In this document: piece by piece, positions 49,476-59,287 of the stretch | Layout: each line of letters starts with the position of its first letter | How positions within the stretch are numbered: the first letter of the stretch is position 1 | IMG/VR virus record: IMGVR_UViG_3300032898_000004 | Span: 1 to 60,889 of that record | Length of the DNA stretch: 60,889 bases | Source of the DNA: a virus | Lineage: Duplodnaviria; Caudoviricetes | Reading direction: 5' to 3' (one strand) | Position numbers and translations under genes: made by a program | Notes under the pieces: model-generated | Seen by the model: the letters and a program-made list of their open reading frames with translations, nothing else | Told to the model about the DNA's origin: nothing | Databases searched by the model: none

Positions 49476-49521
49476 AGTATAACACGAAGGGCGCCAGGTG
49501 TAAACACCTGACGCCCTTCGT
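49476..49521 (-). promoter_or_regulatory. hairpin-embedded promoter TTTACA-N17-TATACT
   Basis: near-perfect inverted repeat 49484-49521 with the -35 box at its apex. Confidence 0.7.
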
Positions 49522-49801
49522 CCGCCGGTCCGGGCAAACCGACGGTTGTGTGGCTCGCGCCACTCCCTCTTCTCTCCCGTCACGAGTCTCCCCGTGGCAG
49601 TGGTACCAACCTACCACGCGCAGCACCACGAGTCCACCTCCGCGCGCACGCGTACACGCACGTGCGCGCACCCACGCGTGCCAGTAAACAGCCGCAACCA
49701 GTCAGCCAACACGCTGTACATCAGTACCACCAGGTGATAAGTTGAACACAACGCCGAGGATTCGGCGCCGAGACCGAGACAGCTGAACGAAGGGAACACC
49801 G

Positions 49802-51400
49802 GTGACTGAACTCCAGAAGATCGCGCGCGTGACCGTGCGCGGCAAGGGCCTCGACGAGGTCACGGACGGCAGCGAGAAGTCGAACTCCTTCCTCGTCCAC
49901 CAGAAGATCCTGCTGAACGTCGAGAAGAACCCGACGCCGGCAGAGACAATCTACCACAAGAACCCGGCCACCGGTCAGCAGGAAGAGGGCTGGCTGTGGG
50001 AGGGCGCGATGGCGACCGTCGTGCACGACCTCTGGCCCATCGAGGCCACGCTCACCGATCCCAAGACCGGCCAGTCGCTCGGTCACCGGATCAACACCTA
50101 CCTCCGGTACAGCCACAACGCGGTGTGCGTCAACCGCCGCGGCAGTGCCAAGCCCCCGCAGTGGTGGATCCGCAAGGTCTGGAACGACGGCAACCCGCTC
50201 ACCCCCACCAACATGGGCACCACCGTCGCCACGTACACCGAGCGTCGGCTCACCCCCGAAGAGGCCGGAGAGACCCGGCCGCCGGCTCCGGTCACCATCA
50301 CTCACAAGGAGCCCACCGTCGCACCCCCAACCGTCGCACCGTTCAGCTTCGTCGCCGCCGTCGAGACGATCACCGAGAAGGCGTCGTCGAAGCCGAAGCC
50401 GGCCGCTCCCAAGCAGCGGGACGTCGAGGTGGTGCGCGGCCGCCAGAGCTTCACACTCAGCAAGGACGGACAGCCGGTGCCGCCCGACTACCCGTTCGCC
50501 TGCGGCCTGACCGACATCTCCGGTACCAAGTGCCGCCGGGTGTTCGGCGCACAGAACGCGGTGACCACCCACCGGGCGAGCCACCCGACCCTCGACGAGA
50601 TGATCAAGATCGCCGCGGAGATGATCCAGAGGACCGGCGAGGTCAACGGGAACCACGTCGCCGAGAAGATGGGTAGGCACCAGACGGTCGTCTACTCGTA
50701 CTACCCGACGATGAACGACCTGTACCTGTCGGGGAGGAAGTACCTGGAAGCCCAGAAGCGCAAGGCGGCGCAGAAGCAGGCCCAGGAAGAAGCCAAGAGC
50801 CAGAAGGACGCCAACAACGCGGATGGCAAGCAGCGCGCGGCGGAGATCTACCAGCTGATCGTCGGCTTCTGCCAGGCGGTCAGTACCACGATCAACCACT
50901 CCACGCTCAGCTTCTTCCCCATGCCGATCCCGGCCACCGACCGCAGCGCGTTCATCGCTCGCATGGTCAACGAGAAGCAGCTCACGTACGTGGACTCCCT
51001 CGACAACGCGGGCAAGAAGACGAAGATCATCGTTCCCGGCATCTGCTTCGACGAGGAGATCGCCAAGCGGCTCGAGGTATTCAAGACCGGCATCACGCCG
51101 GCCTCCGTCGAGCACACCACGCCTGAGGACGCGCGGAAGCTGGACATCCTCGCCGTCCTGGCACTCGCCACCGACGAGATCAAGTCGCTCCGGGAGACCG
51201 AGAAGATCGCCGCCGACCAGGATCACCAGCTGGTCACCCTGGCCAAGGACCGCGACGCCGCGCTCGAGCTCGCGACCGAGGCCACGGAGGAAACCCTGGC
51301 CGCGCGGAAGCAGCTGGCCCAGACGCAGACCGAGTTGAAGACGCTGCAGAAGCGGTTCGACTTCATCCAGCGTGGACTCACCGGCAACCTCGACGACTGA
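49802..51400 (+). CDS. large hypothetical protein with C2H2-like motif and C-terminal coiled coil
   Basis: FAC..(7)..CRRVF........HRASH; heptad-rich C-terminus. Confidence 0.75.
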   Translation: MTELQKIARVTVRGKGLDEVTDGSEKSNSFLVHQKILLNVEKNPTPAETIYHKNPATGQQEEGWLWEGAMATVVHDLWPIEATLTDPKTGQSLGHRINTYLRYSHNAVCVNRRGSAKPPQWWIRKVWNDGNPLTPTNMGTTVATYTERRLTPEEAGETRPPAPVTITHKEPTVAPPTVAPFSFVAAVETITEKASSKPKPAAPKQRDVEVVRGRQSFTLSKDGQPVPPDYPFACGLTDISGTKCRRVFGAQNAVTTHRASHPTLDEMIKIAAEMIQRTGEVNGNHVAEKMGRHQTVVYSYYPTMNDLYLSGRKYLEAQKRKAAQKQAQEEAKSQKDANNADGKQRAAEIYQLIVGFCQAVSTTINHSTLSFFPMPIPATDRSAFIARMVNEKQLTYVDSLDNAGKKTKIIVPGICFDEEIAKRLEVFKTGITPASVEHTTPEDARKLDILAVLALATDEIKSLRETEKIAADQDHQLVTLAKDRDAALELATEATEETLAARKQLAQTQTELKTLQKRFDFIQRGLTGNLDD

Positions 51401-51469
51401 CAGTGGCCGGACCCCCGGATGGGCAACCATCCGGGGTTTCTGGTAAGATCATCACGAAGGGAGAGTGAA

Positions 51470-52009
51470 ATGACCGAGACTACCACTGTCACGGACGAAG
51501 AGCTCGAAGTCCGCAAGCCCGCCCAACCCATCAAGATAATCTTGAGCACGCACCGGTTCACGTTCAACGGCTGGCACCTGGCGTCGGCTTCCACGAAGCG
51601 CGACTGGTCCACCCGCTGGACCACGATGGACCTGTACCGAATCGCCAACCCCAAGACCACGGCGAAGTACCTGCTGCTCATCAATGGCCGGAGCGTGGTC
51701 TACCACACCGACGGCCACGACTGCAGCTCCGGTGAGTTCGTGGACTACGCCAAGTTGCCGACGAACGCGAAGCCGTGCCCCAAGTGCCTGCGCCGCGTCA
51801 GTCTCAAGCCCAGCGACACGGTGCTCTTGGAAACGGACATTCCGTCCGTCTACGAGTGCCCCGACGCCGTCACCGTCGTCACGAACCTGCTGTCCAACAG
51901 CCGGAACGGCGGTAAGCAGGTCGCGTCCAGTCCGATGATGGACCTCCTGTACGACGCGTCTGACCTGGACACCGCGTTCCTCCCGGACAACGTGGAGATC
52001 CAACTCTAG
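51470..52009 (+). CDS. hypothetical protein
   Basis: GGGAG RBS; H...C...CPKC. Confidence 0.7.
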   Translation: MTETTTVTDEELEVRKPAQPIKIILSTHRFTFNGWHLASASTKRDWSTRWTTMDLYRIANPKTTAKYLLLINGRSVVYHTDGHDCSSGEFVDYAKLPTNAKPCPKCLRRVSLKPSDTVLLETDIPSVYECPDAVTVVTNLLSNSRNGGKQVASSPMMDLLYDASDLDTAFLPDNVEIQL

Positions 52010-52380
52010 TGGGGATCAACTTCCACCAGGACACGCGGGACCTCGAGAGAGCCGTCCTGGGTGACTACTCCGAGTTGGAGAACGAGCACTACGCCCGTGC
52101 TCAGCGCCTGGCGGCGACCATGATCCGCCGCCAGGCGAACCAGCACGGCTGCCGGGAAGAGTCCACGAGAATCCCGTGTGACCACGAAGACCATCGGCGT
52201 GATAGGTTCTACGCTGAAGCGATGCTCGAGGCTCTCGGTGTCCCACGTGACCTCCCGCGGGCCACCGACGACGACCGCACGATGTACTTGAACCAGGACG
52301 TGCACGGCCGGCGGCCGTCCGACCGACAGCAGCGCCGGTGGGCGTACGAGGACTACAGCAACGGAGGGCGGTTCAAGTGA
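52009..52380 (+). CDS. hypothetical protein
   Basis: coupled to both neighbours. Confidence 0.6.
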   Translation: MGINFHQDTRDLERAVLGDYSELENEHYARAQRLAATMIRRQANQHGCREESTRIPCDHEDHRRDRFYAEAMLEALGVPRDLPRATDDDRTMYLNQDVHGRRPSDRQQRRWAYEDYSNGGRFK

Positions 52381-53438
52381 CACTCATCGCCTTGGAGGGA
52401 CCTGACAACGGCGGCAAGAGCACGCTCGCCAAGCACCTGGTCACCCTCTTCGACGCGAAGCACGGCGTGGGTGCCGCGCACGTCTGGCACGAGGGTCCAC
52501 CACCCGAGGGCGTGGACCTGGTCGCCCACTACGAGCTGCCGCTGATCATCGCGCGGAACGAGATCCTCGATCCCCACAAGCTGATCATCCTCGACCGGTG
52601 GGAAACCGGCGAGCTCGTGTATGGCCCACTGCTGCGCGGTCATTCCCGACTGTCCGTGGGCCAGGCACTGCACGTGGACCTGCTGCTCCACACCTACGGT
52701 GCGCTGCGGGTCCTCGTGCAGCCGCACTTGAACACCCTCTACGAGCGGTACGACACCGTCGGTGACGACCTGATCGAGCGTGAGTGGTTGCCCGAGCTGT
52801 GGGCGTTCTACCGCGCCTACGCCGAGCGGCACGACTGGGGCTGCCACGTTGCCGCCGCCACCGAGAGCGTCGCCCAGTACCTGCTGGACAAGCTCATCCT
52901 GGACAGCCTCGAGGCGGACGGCAGCGCCGTCGACCTCGCGCCGTTCCCCGGCTACGTCGGCTGGGTACAGCCGGAGGTGCTGCTCGTGGGCGAGCGCCGC
53001 GGCAATTTCCCGAACCGTCCCAACGACGGCACCGGCGCGTGGGGCTGGGGTGCGTTCACGCCCAGTGGCGAGGGCGGCTCCAGTAAGTGGCTGCTCGACA
53101 CGCTCGAACGGTTGCCCGTCCTGCCCAACGTCGGCCTGGCCAACGCGTTCGAGCACGACCAGGACTTCCTGGCGCTGTGGCGGGCGCTCAAGCAGCCGGC
53201 GGTCGTGGCGCTGGGTAACGAGTCATCCCAGGAGTTGACCAGGTTGGGTATCCAGCACGAGAAGGTGCCGCATCCGTCCTGGTCCCGGCGGTTCCGCCGC
53301 AAGTTCCCACACGAGTACGAGACTGAACTAGGAGAGGGGATCATCCGTGCACTCGATCGAAACCGAGACGGGGGATCAGGCGTACCTGGACCTGCTGTGG
53401 CTGGTGGAGCAGAAGGGACACCTGTCGAGTCCGCGTAA
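52377..53438 (+). CDS. thymidylate/dNMP kinase fused to a uracil-DNA-glycosylase-like domain
   Basis: IALEGPDNGGKST, ILDR; C-terminal VLLVGE...VVALG...VPHPS. Confidence 0.8.
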   Translation: MTLIALEGPDNGGKSTLAKHLVTLFDAKHGVGAAHVWHEGPPPEGVDLVAHYELPLIIARNEILDPHKLIILDRWETGELVYGPLLRGHSRLSVGQALHVDLLLHTYGALRVLVQPHLNTLYERYDTVGDDLIEREWLPELWAFYRAYAERHDWGCHVAAATESVAQYLLDKLILDSLEADGSAVDLAPFPGYVGWVQPEVLLVGERRGNFPNRPNDGTGAWGWGAFTPSGEGGSSKWLLDTLERLPVLPNVGLANAFEHDQDFLALWRALKQPAVVALGNESSQELTRLGIQHEKVPHPSWSRRFRRKFPHEYETELGEGIIRALDRNRDGGSGVPGPAVAGGAEGTPVESA

Positions 53439-54294
53439 CCACCCAGCCAGTGCCGTCTACGACGTCACCACGGTCATCCACGACCCCGTGAAGGCACCGC
53501 CAGTGGGAGTCAGGCAGGGTTACGCGTACCGCATCGCGGCGACCGAGACGGTCCAGCTCCTGGCTGGCATGTCCGACCTGTCCCAGCTAGACGCGGCGTC
53601 CAACGGCAAGTTCAGCCAGTTCGCGGACGACGGCCGACTCCTCGGAGCGTACGGTCCACGCCTGTCCGCCCAGCTGCCGCGGATCGAGACACAGCTCCGC
53701 GCCGACCACGACACCCGACAGGCGATCGCGAACCTGTGGAAGCCGGGTGACCACCTGGACGCGCACGACGTGCCGTGCACGCTCAGCCTTACGTTCCGCA
53801 TCATCGACGGTAAGCTCGAGCTCAAGGTTCACATGCGGTCGAACGACGTGATCCTCGGTGTACCATACGACTGGTTCATGTTCAGTCGGACACAGCTCGC
53901 GATGGCCGAGGTGCTCGGTCTCCCGACCGGGCGGTACGTCCACCACGTCGACAACCTGCACGTCTACCAGCGGGACGAGGCGCGGGCACGCCGTTTCATC
54001 GCGCACGGTGAACAGCTCGACACCGACCACTCGCTGGGCGGCGAGGACCAGTCCGGTACCGTGTTCACCGGTGGCAGCGTGCACCCGTTCACCTCCTGGA
54101 AGCAGGTTCAGAACGCGGCACTGACCATCGCGTACGGTGCGGAGTTGACCAACCGCCGCGTACCGTGGTTCAACGACCACGTGGAACCGCTCACCCCGCA
54201 CAGCGTGGTCTGCGTCCGCTGCCAGTACGTGTTCAAGCGGGACGAGGACGACACGGTCCGCAACGTCTGCTACACGTGCACGGGTGACCGGTGA
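53347..54294 (+). CDS. thymidylate synthase / dCMP (hydroxy)methylase family protein
   Basis: GAYGPRL, DTRQA, VPCT, MRSND, GVPYD, NLHVY. Confidence 0.88.
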   Translation: MHSIETETGDQAYLDLLWLVEQKGHLSSPRNHPASAVYDVTTVIHDPVKAPPVGVRQGYAYRIAATETVQLLAGMSDLSQLDAASNGKFSQFADDGRLLGAYGPRLSAQLPRIETQLRADHDTRQAIANLWKPGDHLDAHDVPCTLSLTFRIIDGKLELKVHMRSNDVILGVPYDWFMFSRTQLAMAEVLGLPTGRYVHHVDNLHVYQRDEARARRFIAHGEQLDTDHSLGGEDQSGTVFTGGSVHPFTSWKQVQNAALTIAYGAELTNRRVPWFNDHVEPLTPHSVVCVRCQYVFKRDEDDTVRNVCYTCTGDR

Positions 54295-54770
54295 GCCGCC
54301 CAACGTGGGACGAGACCTGGCTGAAACTGGCCGAGCTCATGGCAGCGCGGAGTCGGTGCCCAACTGGCGCTGGCTGCGCCATCGTCGACAGTCAGCAGCG
54401 GGTCGTCGCCACTGGTTATGCCGGTCCGCCGGCTGACTACCTCACGGCTGACGAGGAGCGGGCTGAGACCTGCATCGCGTACTGCCGCCGCGCCTGGACC
54501 GATCCCGAGTTCAAGGACCCACAGTACCTGGACTGCCCGTCCGCGCACGCTGAGTCGAACGCGCTGTCGTTCGCGGAACGGTCCCGGGTGGAGGGCGCGA
54601 CCCTCTACGTCAGCTCGTCCGTGTGTGGACTGTGCGTCAAGGTCGTCGCGAACTCCGGAGTGGTCCGCGTGGTCTGGCCACGCGTGCCCGGCCTCGAGTA
54701 CCGAAACGAGGACGCCAGTGTCCGCTACCTGGAACGGTGCGGCATCCGAGTGGACATCGTCGACCTGTAG
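54291..54770 (+). CDS. dCMP deaminase
   Basis: RPTWDE, RSRC, HAESNA, CGLC. Confidence 0.9.
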   Translation: MSRPTWDETWLKLAELMAARSRCPTGAGCAIVDSQQRVVATGYAGPPADYLTADEERAETCIAYCRRAWTDPEFKDPQYLDCPSAHAESNALSFAERSRVEGATLYVSSSVCGLCVKVVANSGVVRVVWPRVPGLEYRNEDASVRYLERCGIRVDIVDL

Positions 54771-54806
54771 TCTGATAGACTGAGCACGACAGAACGGAGA
54801 CTGAGA

Positions 54807-55184
54807 GTGCCCGAGATCCTTCCCATCAGTCCATTCGTGGCCGACTTCACCCAAGAGTGTCTGACCTGCCACGAGACGATCTACCAGGGCGAGTTTGTCG
54901 TCACCGGCGCCCTGAACCACTTCACGAACGAGCCGATCTGGATGCACCCGCGCTGCGCGCAGTGGTACCGGATGAACTTCGGCACCCGCGCAGCCGTGGA
55001 CGACGGTTGGCGGATCATCCAGCACGAGACGCGGTGCAAGAGTGGCTGCGACAAGTACATCGTCCCCGGCGAGAAGGCGTACCGTCGCTGGGTATGGGGC
55101 GAGGGCCTGACCTTCGTGCTGCAGTACGAGTGCCACCCGTGCCGCCGATCCCGGAACGGCGCGACCGTGGAACTTCCGGCGTGA
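54807..55184 (+). CDS. double Zn-finger-like small protein
   Basis: CxxC...HxxC repeated twice. Confidence 0.65.
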   Translation: MPEILPISPFVADFTQECLTCHETIYQGEFVVTGALNHFTNEPIWMHPRCAQWYRMNFGTRAAVDDGWRIIQHETRCKSGCDKYIVPGEKAYRRWVWGEGLTFVLQYECHPCRRSRNGATVELPA

Positions 55185-56950
55185 GCTCGCCACTCGCGAA
55201 CGTCCAGCTGCAGTTCGTCGACTCGATTGACGACGCCATGGACCTCAAGCGCTGGCTTGGGGAACGGCGTGAAGGTCCGATCGGCTTGGACACTGAGTCA
55301 GGCGGCTTGAACCCCTGGCATACTAGGCTTCGCCTAGTGCAGTTCGGTGACATGCACCGCGGCTGGGCGGTGCCGTACCCGATGTGGGGCGGTGTGGTCC
55401 AGGAGATCCTCGATGCTTGGGAAGGTGAGTGGATTCTCCACAACTCACCGCATGACATCAAATTCCTGAGCGTGCACGCCGGTTGGAAGGTCCCCTGGTC
55501 GCGGATCCACGACACGATGACCCTCGCCGGGCTCGACGACTCCGCGCGACTGCGTGGGCTCAAGTACCTCGGCGGGAAGCTCGTGGACCCGGCAGCGCAA
55601 GCTGGTGAGAAGTTGCTTCACGACGGCATGGCCGCCCAGAAGTGGACGTGGGCCACGGTGCCATACGACTTCGCACCGTACTGGATTTACGGCGCGCTGG
55701 ATCCCGTGATCACCGCCCACCTCTACCACCACCTGGCTCCCCGGGTGCAGGCCACGTGTCCCGACGCGTATGACCTGGAACGCGGCACGATCCGCGTCGT
55801 CACGAACATGATGATGAACGGCATGTTCGTTGACCAGCCGTACGTGCGCGACGCGATGGACAAGCTCCAGAACTTCTCGACCGAGGCACGCGCCTGGCTG
55901 AAGAACACTCACGGCTTGACCAGTATCATGTCGGCGAAGCAGATCGCGACGGCCCTCGAGGCTCACGGCTTTAAGGTCAAGCAGTTCACGCCGACGAACC
56001 TGCCGAGGATCGACAAGGAGACGCTGACGCAGATCCGCGACTTCGGCGATAACGAGGAGATCAAGTTACTGGCCAGGCAGATCCTGGCCGTGCGGCACGC
56101 GGAGAAGCTGACCGGCACGTACCTCCAGGCGTTCCTGGACGGCGTGGACTCGAACGGCCGGCTACACGGCACGATCTCACCGATGGGTGCCCGTACCCAC
56201 CGCATGACCGCGTCCGAGCCAAACCTGCAGAACCTGCCACGCGGTGACAAGGTCGTCCGCGGGTCGTTCGCCCCGACCGAGGGCAACGTGCTCATCGCCT
56301 GCGACCTGTCACAGGTGGAAGCGCGACTCGGAGCCCACTTTACCGAGGACGCCGGTCTCATCGAGGCGTTCCGCGCAGCCGACGAGGACGGTGCCGACTT
56401 CTTCTGTGGGGTCGCGTCCGGCATCTTCGGCGAGCCGATCGAGAAGTCCGACCCCCGTCGACAGACCACGAAGAACGTCGTCTACGGTGCACTGTACGGC
56501 GCGGGCGCGGCGAAGATGGCCCAGACCGCGGGCGTGCCGCTCAGCGTCATGGCACCGGTGAAGTCCGCGTTCGACGAGAAGTACCCCGGTATCCAGACGC
56601 GGACCAGGTGGTTGATCGACCGCGCACTGGAGATGGAGAGCCCGGCGGTCCGACTGCCGGACGGCCGCTACCTGAAGTGCGACCGTGACCGGCTCGCGAC
56701 GCAGGGTTTGAACAGTGAAATCCAGGGAGCGGCCGCGGCGCTCATGAAGCGGTTCCTACTCAACATCGAGGCTGCCGGTCTCGGACCGAACCTGCGGAAT
56801 GTCGTGCACGACGAGGCGATCCTCGAAGTACCACGCGAAGACGGGTTCGCCGCGCTCGCAGCGGTCGAGGACGCGATGACAGACCGTGAAAACTACCGCG
56901 TCGCGATCACGGCTGAGGGTAAGATCATGGAAACTAGGTGGGAAAAATGA
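55181..56950 (+). CDS. polA: family A DNA polymerase with 3'-5' exonuclease
   Basis: GLDTE, HNSPHD, YGALD; EPNLQN, CDLSQVEAR, RQTTKNVVYG, IQG, VHDE; GTG start at 55181. Confidence 0.95.
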   Translation: MSSPLANVQLQFVDSIDDAMDLKRWLGERREGPIGLDTESGGLNPWHTRLRLVQFGDMHRGWAVPYPMWGGVVQEILDAWEGEWILHNSPHDIKFLSVHAGWKVPWSRIHDTMTLAGLDDSARLRGLKYLGGKLVDPAAQAGEKLLHDGMAAQKWTWATVPYDFAPYWIYGALDPVITAHLYHHLAPRVQATCPDAYDLERGTIRVVTNMMMNGMFVDQPYVRDAMDKLQNFSTEARAWLKNTHGLTSIMSAKQIATALEAHGFKVKQFTPTNLPRIDKETLTQIRDFGDNEEIKLLARQILAVRHAEKLTGTYLQAFLDGVDSNGRLHGTISPMGARTHRMTASEPNLQNLPRGDKVVRGSFAPTEGNVLIACDLSQVEARLGAHFTEDAGLIEAFRAADEDGADFFCGVASGIFGEPIEKSDPRRQTTKNVVYGALYGAGAAKMAQTAGVPLSVMAPVKSAFDEKYPGIQTRTRWLIDRALEMESPAVRLPDGRYLKCDRDRLATQGLNSEIQGAAAALMKRFLLNIEAAGLGPNLRNVVHDEAILEVPREDGFAALAAVEDAMTDRENYRVAITAEGKIMETRWEK

Positions 56951-57435
56951 CCAAGTTGCCCAAGTATGTCCTCTGGATCGACCCGGGATTGCACACGGGA
57001 TTCGCGATCTTGGAAGACGGCAAGAACTTCACCAGCGGCCAGGTCCACGGCCGTCTCGAGGCCGGTGACTGGCTCCACGAGACGATCTCCACCCGTCCTG
57101 GCATCCACGTCGGCTGGGAGGCGTACATCACCGGCCACACCAGCCGCGTACTCGGTGACCCCGGACCGGCGCACGAGGTCATCGGCGTGGCTCGCTGGCT
57201 GACCCACCACCACGGCGGGACGCTGCTTCCCACGGTTCCGGCGCAGTCCCGCATGATCGCTACGCAGGCCGTGCTCAAGGAACTCGGCTGGGCGTGGAAG
57301 GGTGACCACGCCCTGTCTGCCAGCCAGCACCTCCTGGCCTGGTGCCTGCGCGAGAAGCACCTCAAGAAGCAGACTGACGAGGCCTATTCCAAGACCTTGA
57401 TCAGTCTCGAGATGCTGACCAAGGCCATCGAGTAA
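56947..57435 (+). CDS. RuvC-like / RNase H-fold resolvase
   Basis: VLWIDPGLHTGFA...E...HALSA. Confidence 0.65.
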   Translation: MTKLPKYVLWIDPGLHTGFAILEDGKNFTSGQVHGRLEAGDWLHETISTRPGIHVGWEAYITGHTSRVLGDPGPAHEVIGVARWLTHHHGGTLLPTVPAQSRMIATQAVLKELGWAWKGDHALSASQHLLAWCLREKHLKKQTDEAYSKTLISLEMLTKAIE

Positions 57436-57463
57436 CTGTACTCGAAGGTCACCAGCTGGTAGT

Positions 57464-59287
57464 ATGGCACCAGATCGCGGAACCGAGGGAGGAACATTGC
57501 CACACGCCGAGGTCGATGAAACTGGCGAGCAGATCCACGTGGCGACCACGTTCACGGACCGTCAGCTGATGCTCATGGTCCCAGGTGCGGGCTTCAACAA
57601 GAAGTTCGACGGCTGGTTCGCGCCGCTGACGTGGTCCACGTGCGTGATCCTCAAGGGTCTCTTTGGGGACCGGATCACGTACGGGGACGGGCTGAAAGCC
57701 TGGTCCTGGAACGAGTGGCACAACCGGGTCCAACCGGCCAACGAGATGCGGACCGTCCTGCGCGAGCAGGACGTCAACGTTGGTCCCGAGCACAAGCTGA
57801 TCTTCGACACGATCGATCAGATCGAGAAGAGTGGCATGAATCCCAACGGGTACCGCCTGTACCCGTACCAGCGAGTGGACGTGGCGTTCCTCGTCGTCAA
57901 CGGTCGGGCACTGTTGGCGAACGAACCGGGACTCGGAAAGACCGGCGTGGCAATTCGCACGCTGCAGGTTCTCACGCGGTTGAACCGCGCGCCGTTCCCC
58001 GCCGTCGTCGTCTGCCCGAACTCCCTCAAGACCACGGTGTGGCAGAAGGAGTTCGAGACCTGGGCACCCCACCTGAAGGCTGTCGTCGTCGACGGTGGGG
58101 TGGCCCAGCGCCGCAAGGCACTGGCCTCCGGTGCCGAGGTGTTCATCATCAACTGGGAGAGCGCCAGACTGCACACGCGACTGGCCGGCTACGGCTCGCT
58201 CGAGTTGACCGAGAAGCAGAAGGAACGGAAGGAGCTCAACGACCTCGGTATCCGCACCGCGATCTTCGACGAGGTCCACCGCGCGACCGACCCGAAGTCT
58301 CAGCAGACGCGGGCGGCGTGGCAGATCGCGCAGGACGCGCACTACTGCTTCGCGATGACTGGCACGCCGGTCACCAACAACGTGGGCAACGTCTGGTCAC
58401 TGCTCCACCTCGTGGAGCCCAACTGGTTCCCAGCGAAGACCAGGTGGATGGACCGGTACGTGCGACTGGCACCGAACTTCTACGGCGGGTCCACCGTCGT
58501 GGGTCTGGAGCCAGCGCACGCGGAGGAATTGCACAAGGTCATCGACCCACTGATCCGTCGCGTGCCGAAGACCCTGGCACTGCCACAGCTTCCGAAGAAG
58601 CTGCCAATCCAGTACCGCGAGACGCCGATGACTCCCGGTCAGAAGAAGGCGTACACCCAGATGGAGCAGCTGATGGTTGCCCAACTGGACGAGGGGATCA
58701 TCACGGCTGGCAACGCGCTCGCGAAGTTGACGCGGTTGTCCCAGTTCGCGTCGGCAACGGCGTACCTGGACGAGGACGAGAACGTCAGGCTCAAGGCGCC
58801 GTCCAACAAGGTTGATGACCTGGTCGAGCTGCTCGAGGACATGGGTGACGAGTCACTCGTCGTGGGTGCCGAATCTCGCCAGTTGATCGAGCTCGCCGCC
58901 GAGAAGCTGACCAGCATCGGAGTCACGAACGTCTCGATCACCGGCGCGCAGTCCGTGGACGAGCGGCGGAAGAACGTGGACGCGTTCCAGGCCGGCAAGG
59001 CGCGGGTGATCCTGTGCACGCTGGGCGCTGGTGCCGAGGGTCTTACCCTCACGAAGGCCAGCACACTCCTGTTCCTTCAGGAGAGTTACAGCTACGTGAA
59101 GAATCTTCAGTTCTCTGACCGGATCCACCGCATCGGTCAAGAGGCGGAGTTCGTGCGCATCCTCGTTCAGATCACGCCAGGCACCATCGATGAACGCCGG
59201 ATCGAGATCCTGGGCGGTAAGAACGCCCAGGCGCAGGAGATCCTCCGAGACGTGGACACGATCAAGAAGCTGCTGGGAGCGAAGTGA
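57464..59287 (+). CDS. SNF2-family helicase
   Basis: EPGLGKT, DEVH, MTGTP, GAEGLTL, DRIHRIGQ. Confidence 0.92.
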   Translation: MAPDRGTEGGTLPHAEVDETGEQIHVATTFTDRQLMLMVPGAGFNKKFDGWFAPLTWSTCVILKGLFGDRITYGDGLKAWSWNEWHNRVQPANEMRTVLREQDVNVGPEHKLIFDTIDQIEKSGMNPNGYRLYPYQRVDVAFLVVNGRALLANEPGLGKTGVAIRTLQVLTRLNRAPFPAVVVCPNSLKTTVWQKEFETWAPHLKAVVVDGGVAQRRKALASGAEVFIINWESARLHTRLAGYGSLELTEKQKERKELNDLGIRTAIFDEVHRATDPKSQQTRAAWQIAQDAHYCFAMTGTPVTNNVGNVWSLLHLVEPNWFPAKTRWMDRYVRLAPNFYGGSTVVGLEPAHAEELHKVIDPLIRRVPKTLALPQLPKKLPIQYRETPMTPGQKKAYTQMEQLMVAQLDEGIITAGNALAKLTRLSQFASATAYLDEDENVRLKAPSNKVDDLVELLEDMGDESLVVGAESRQLIELAAEKLTSIGVTNVSITGAQSVDERRKNVDAFQAGKARVILCTLGAGAEGLTLTKASTLLFLQESYSYVKNLQFSDRIHRIGQEAEFVRILVQITPGTIDERRIEILGGKNAQAQEILRDVDTIKKLLGAK

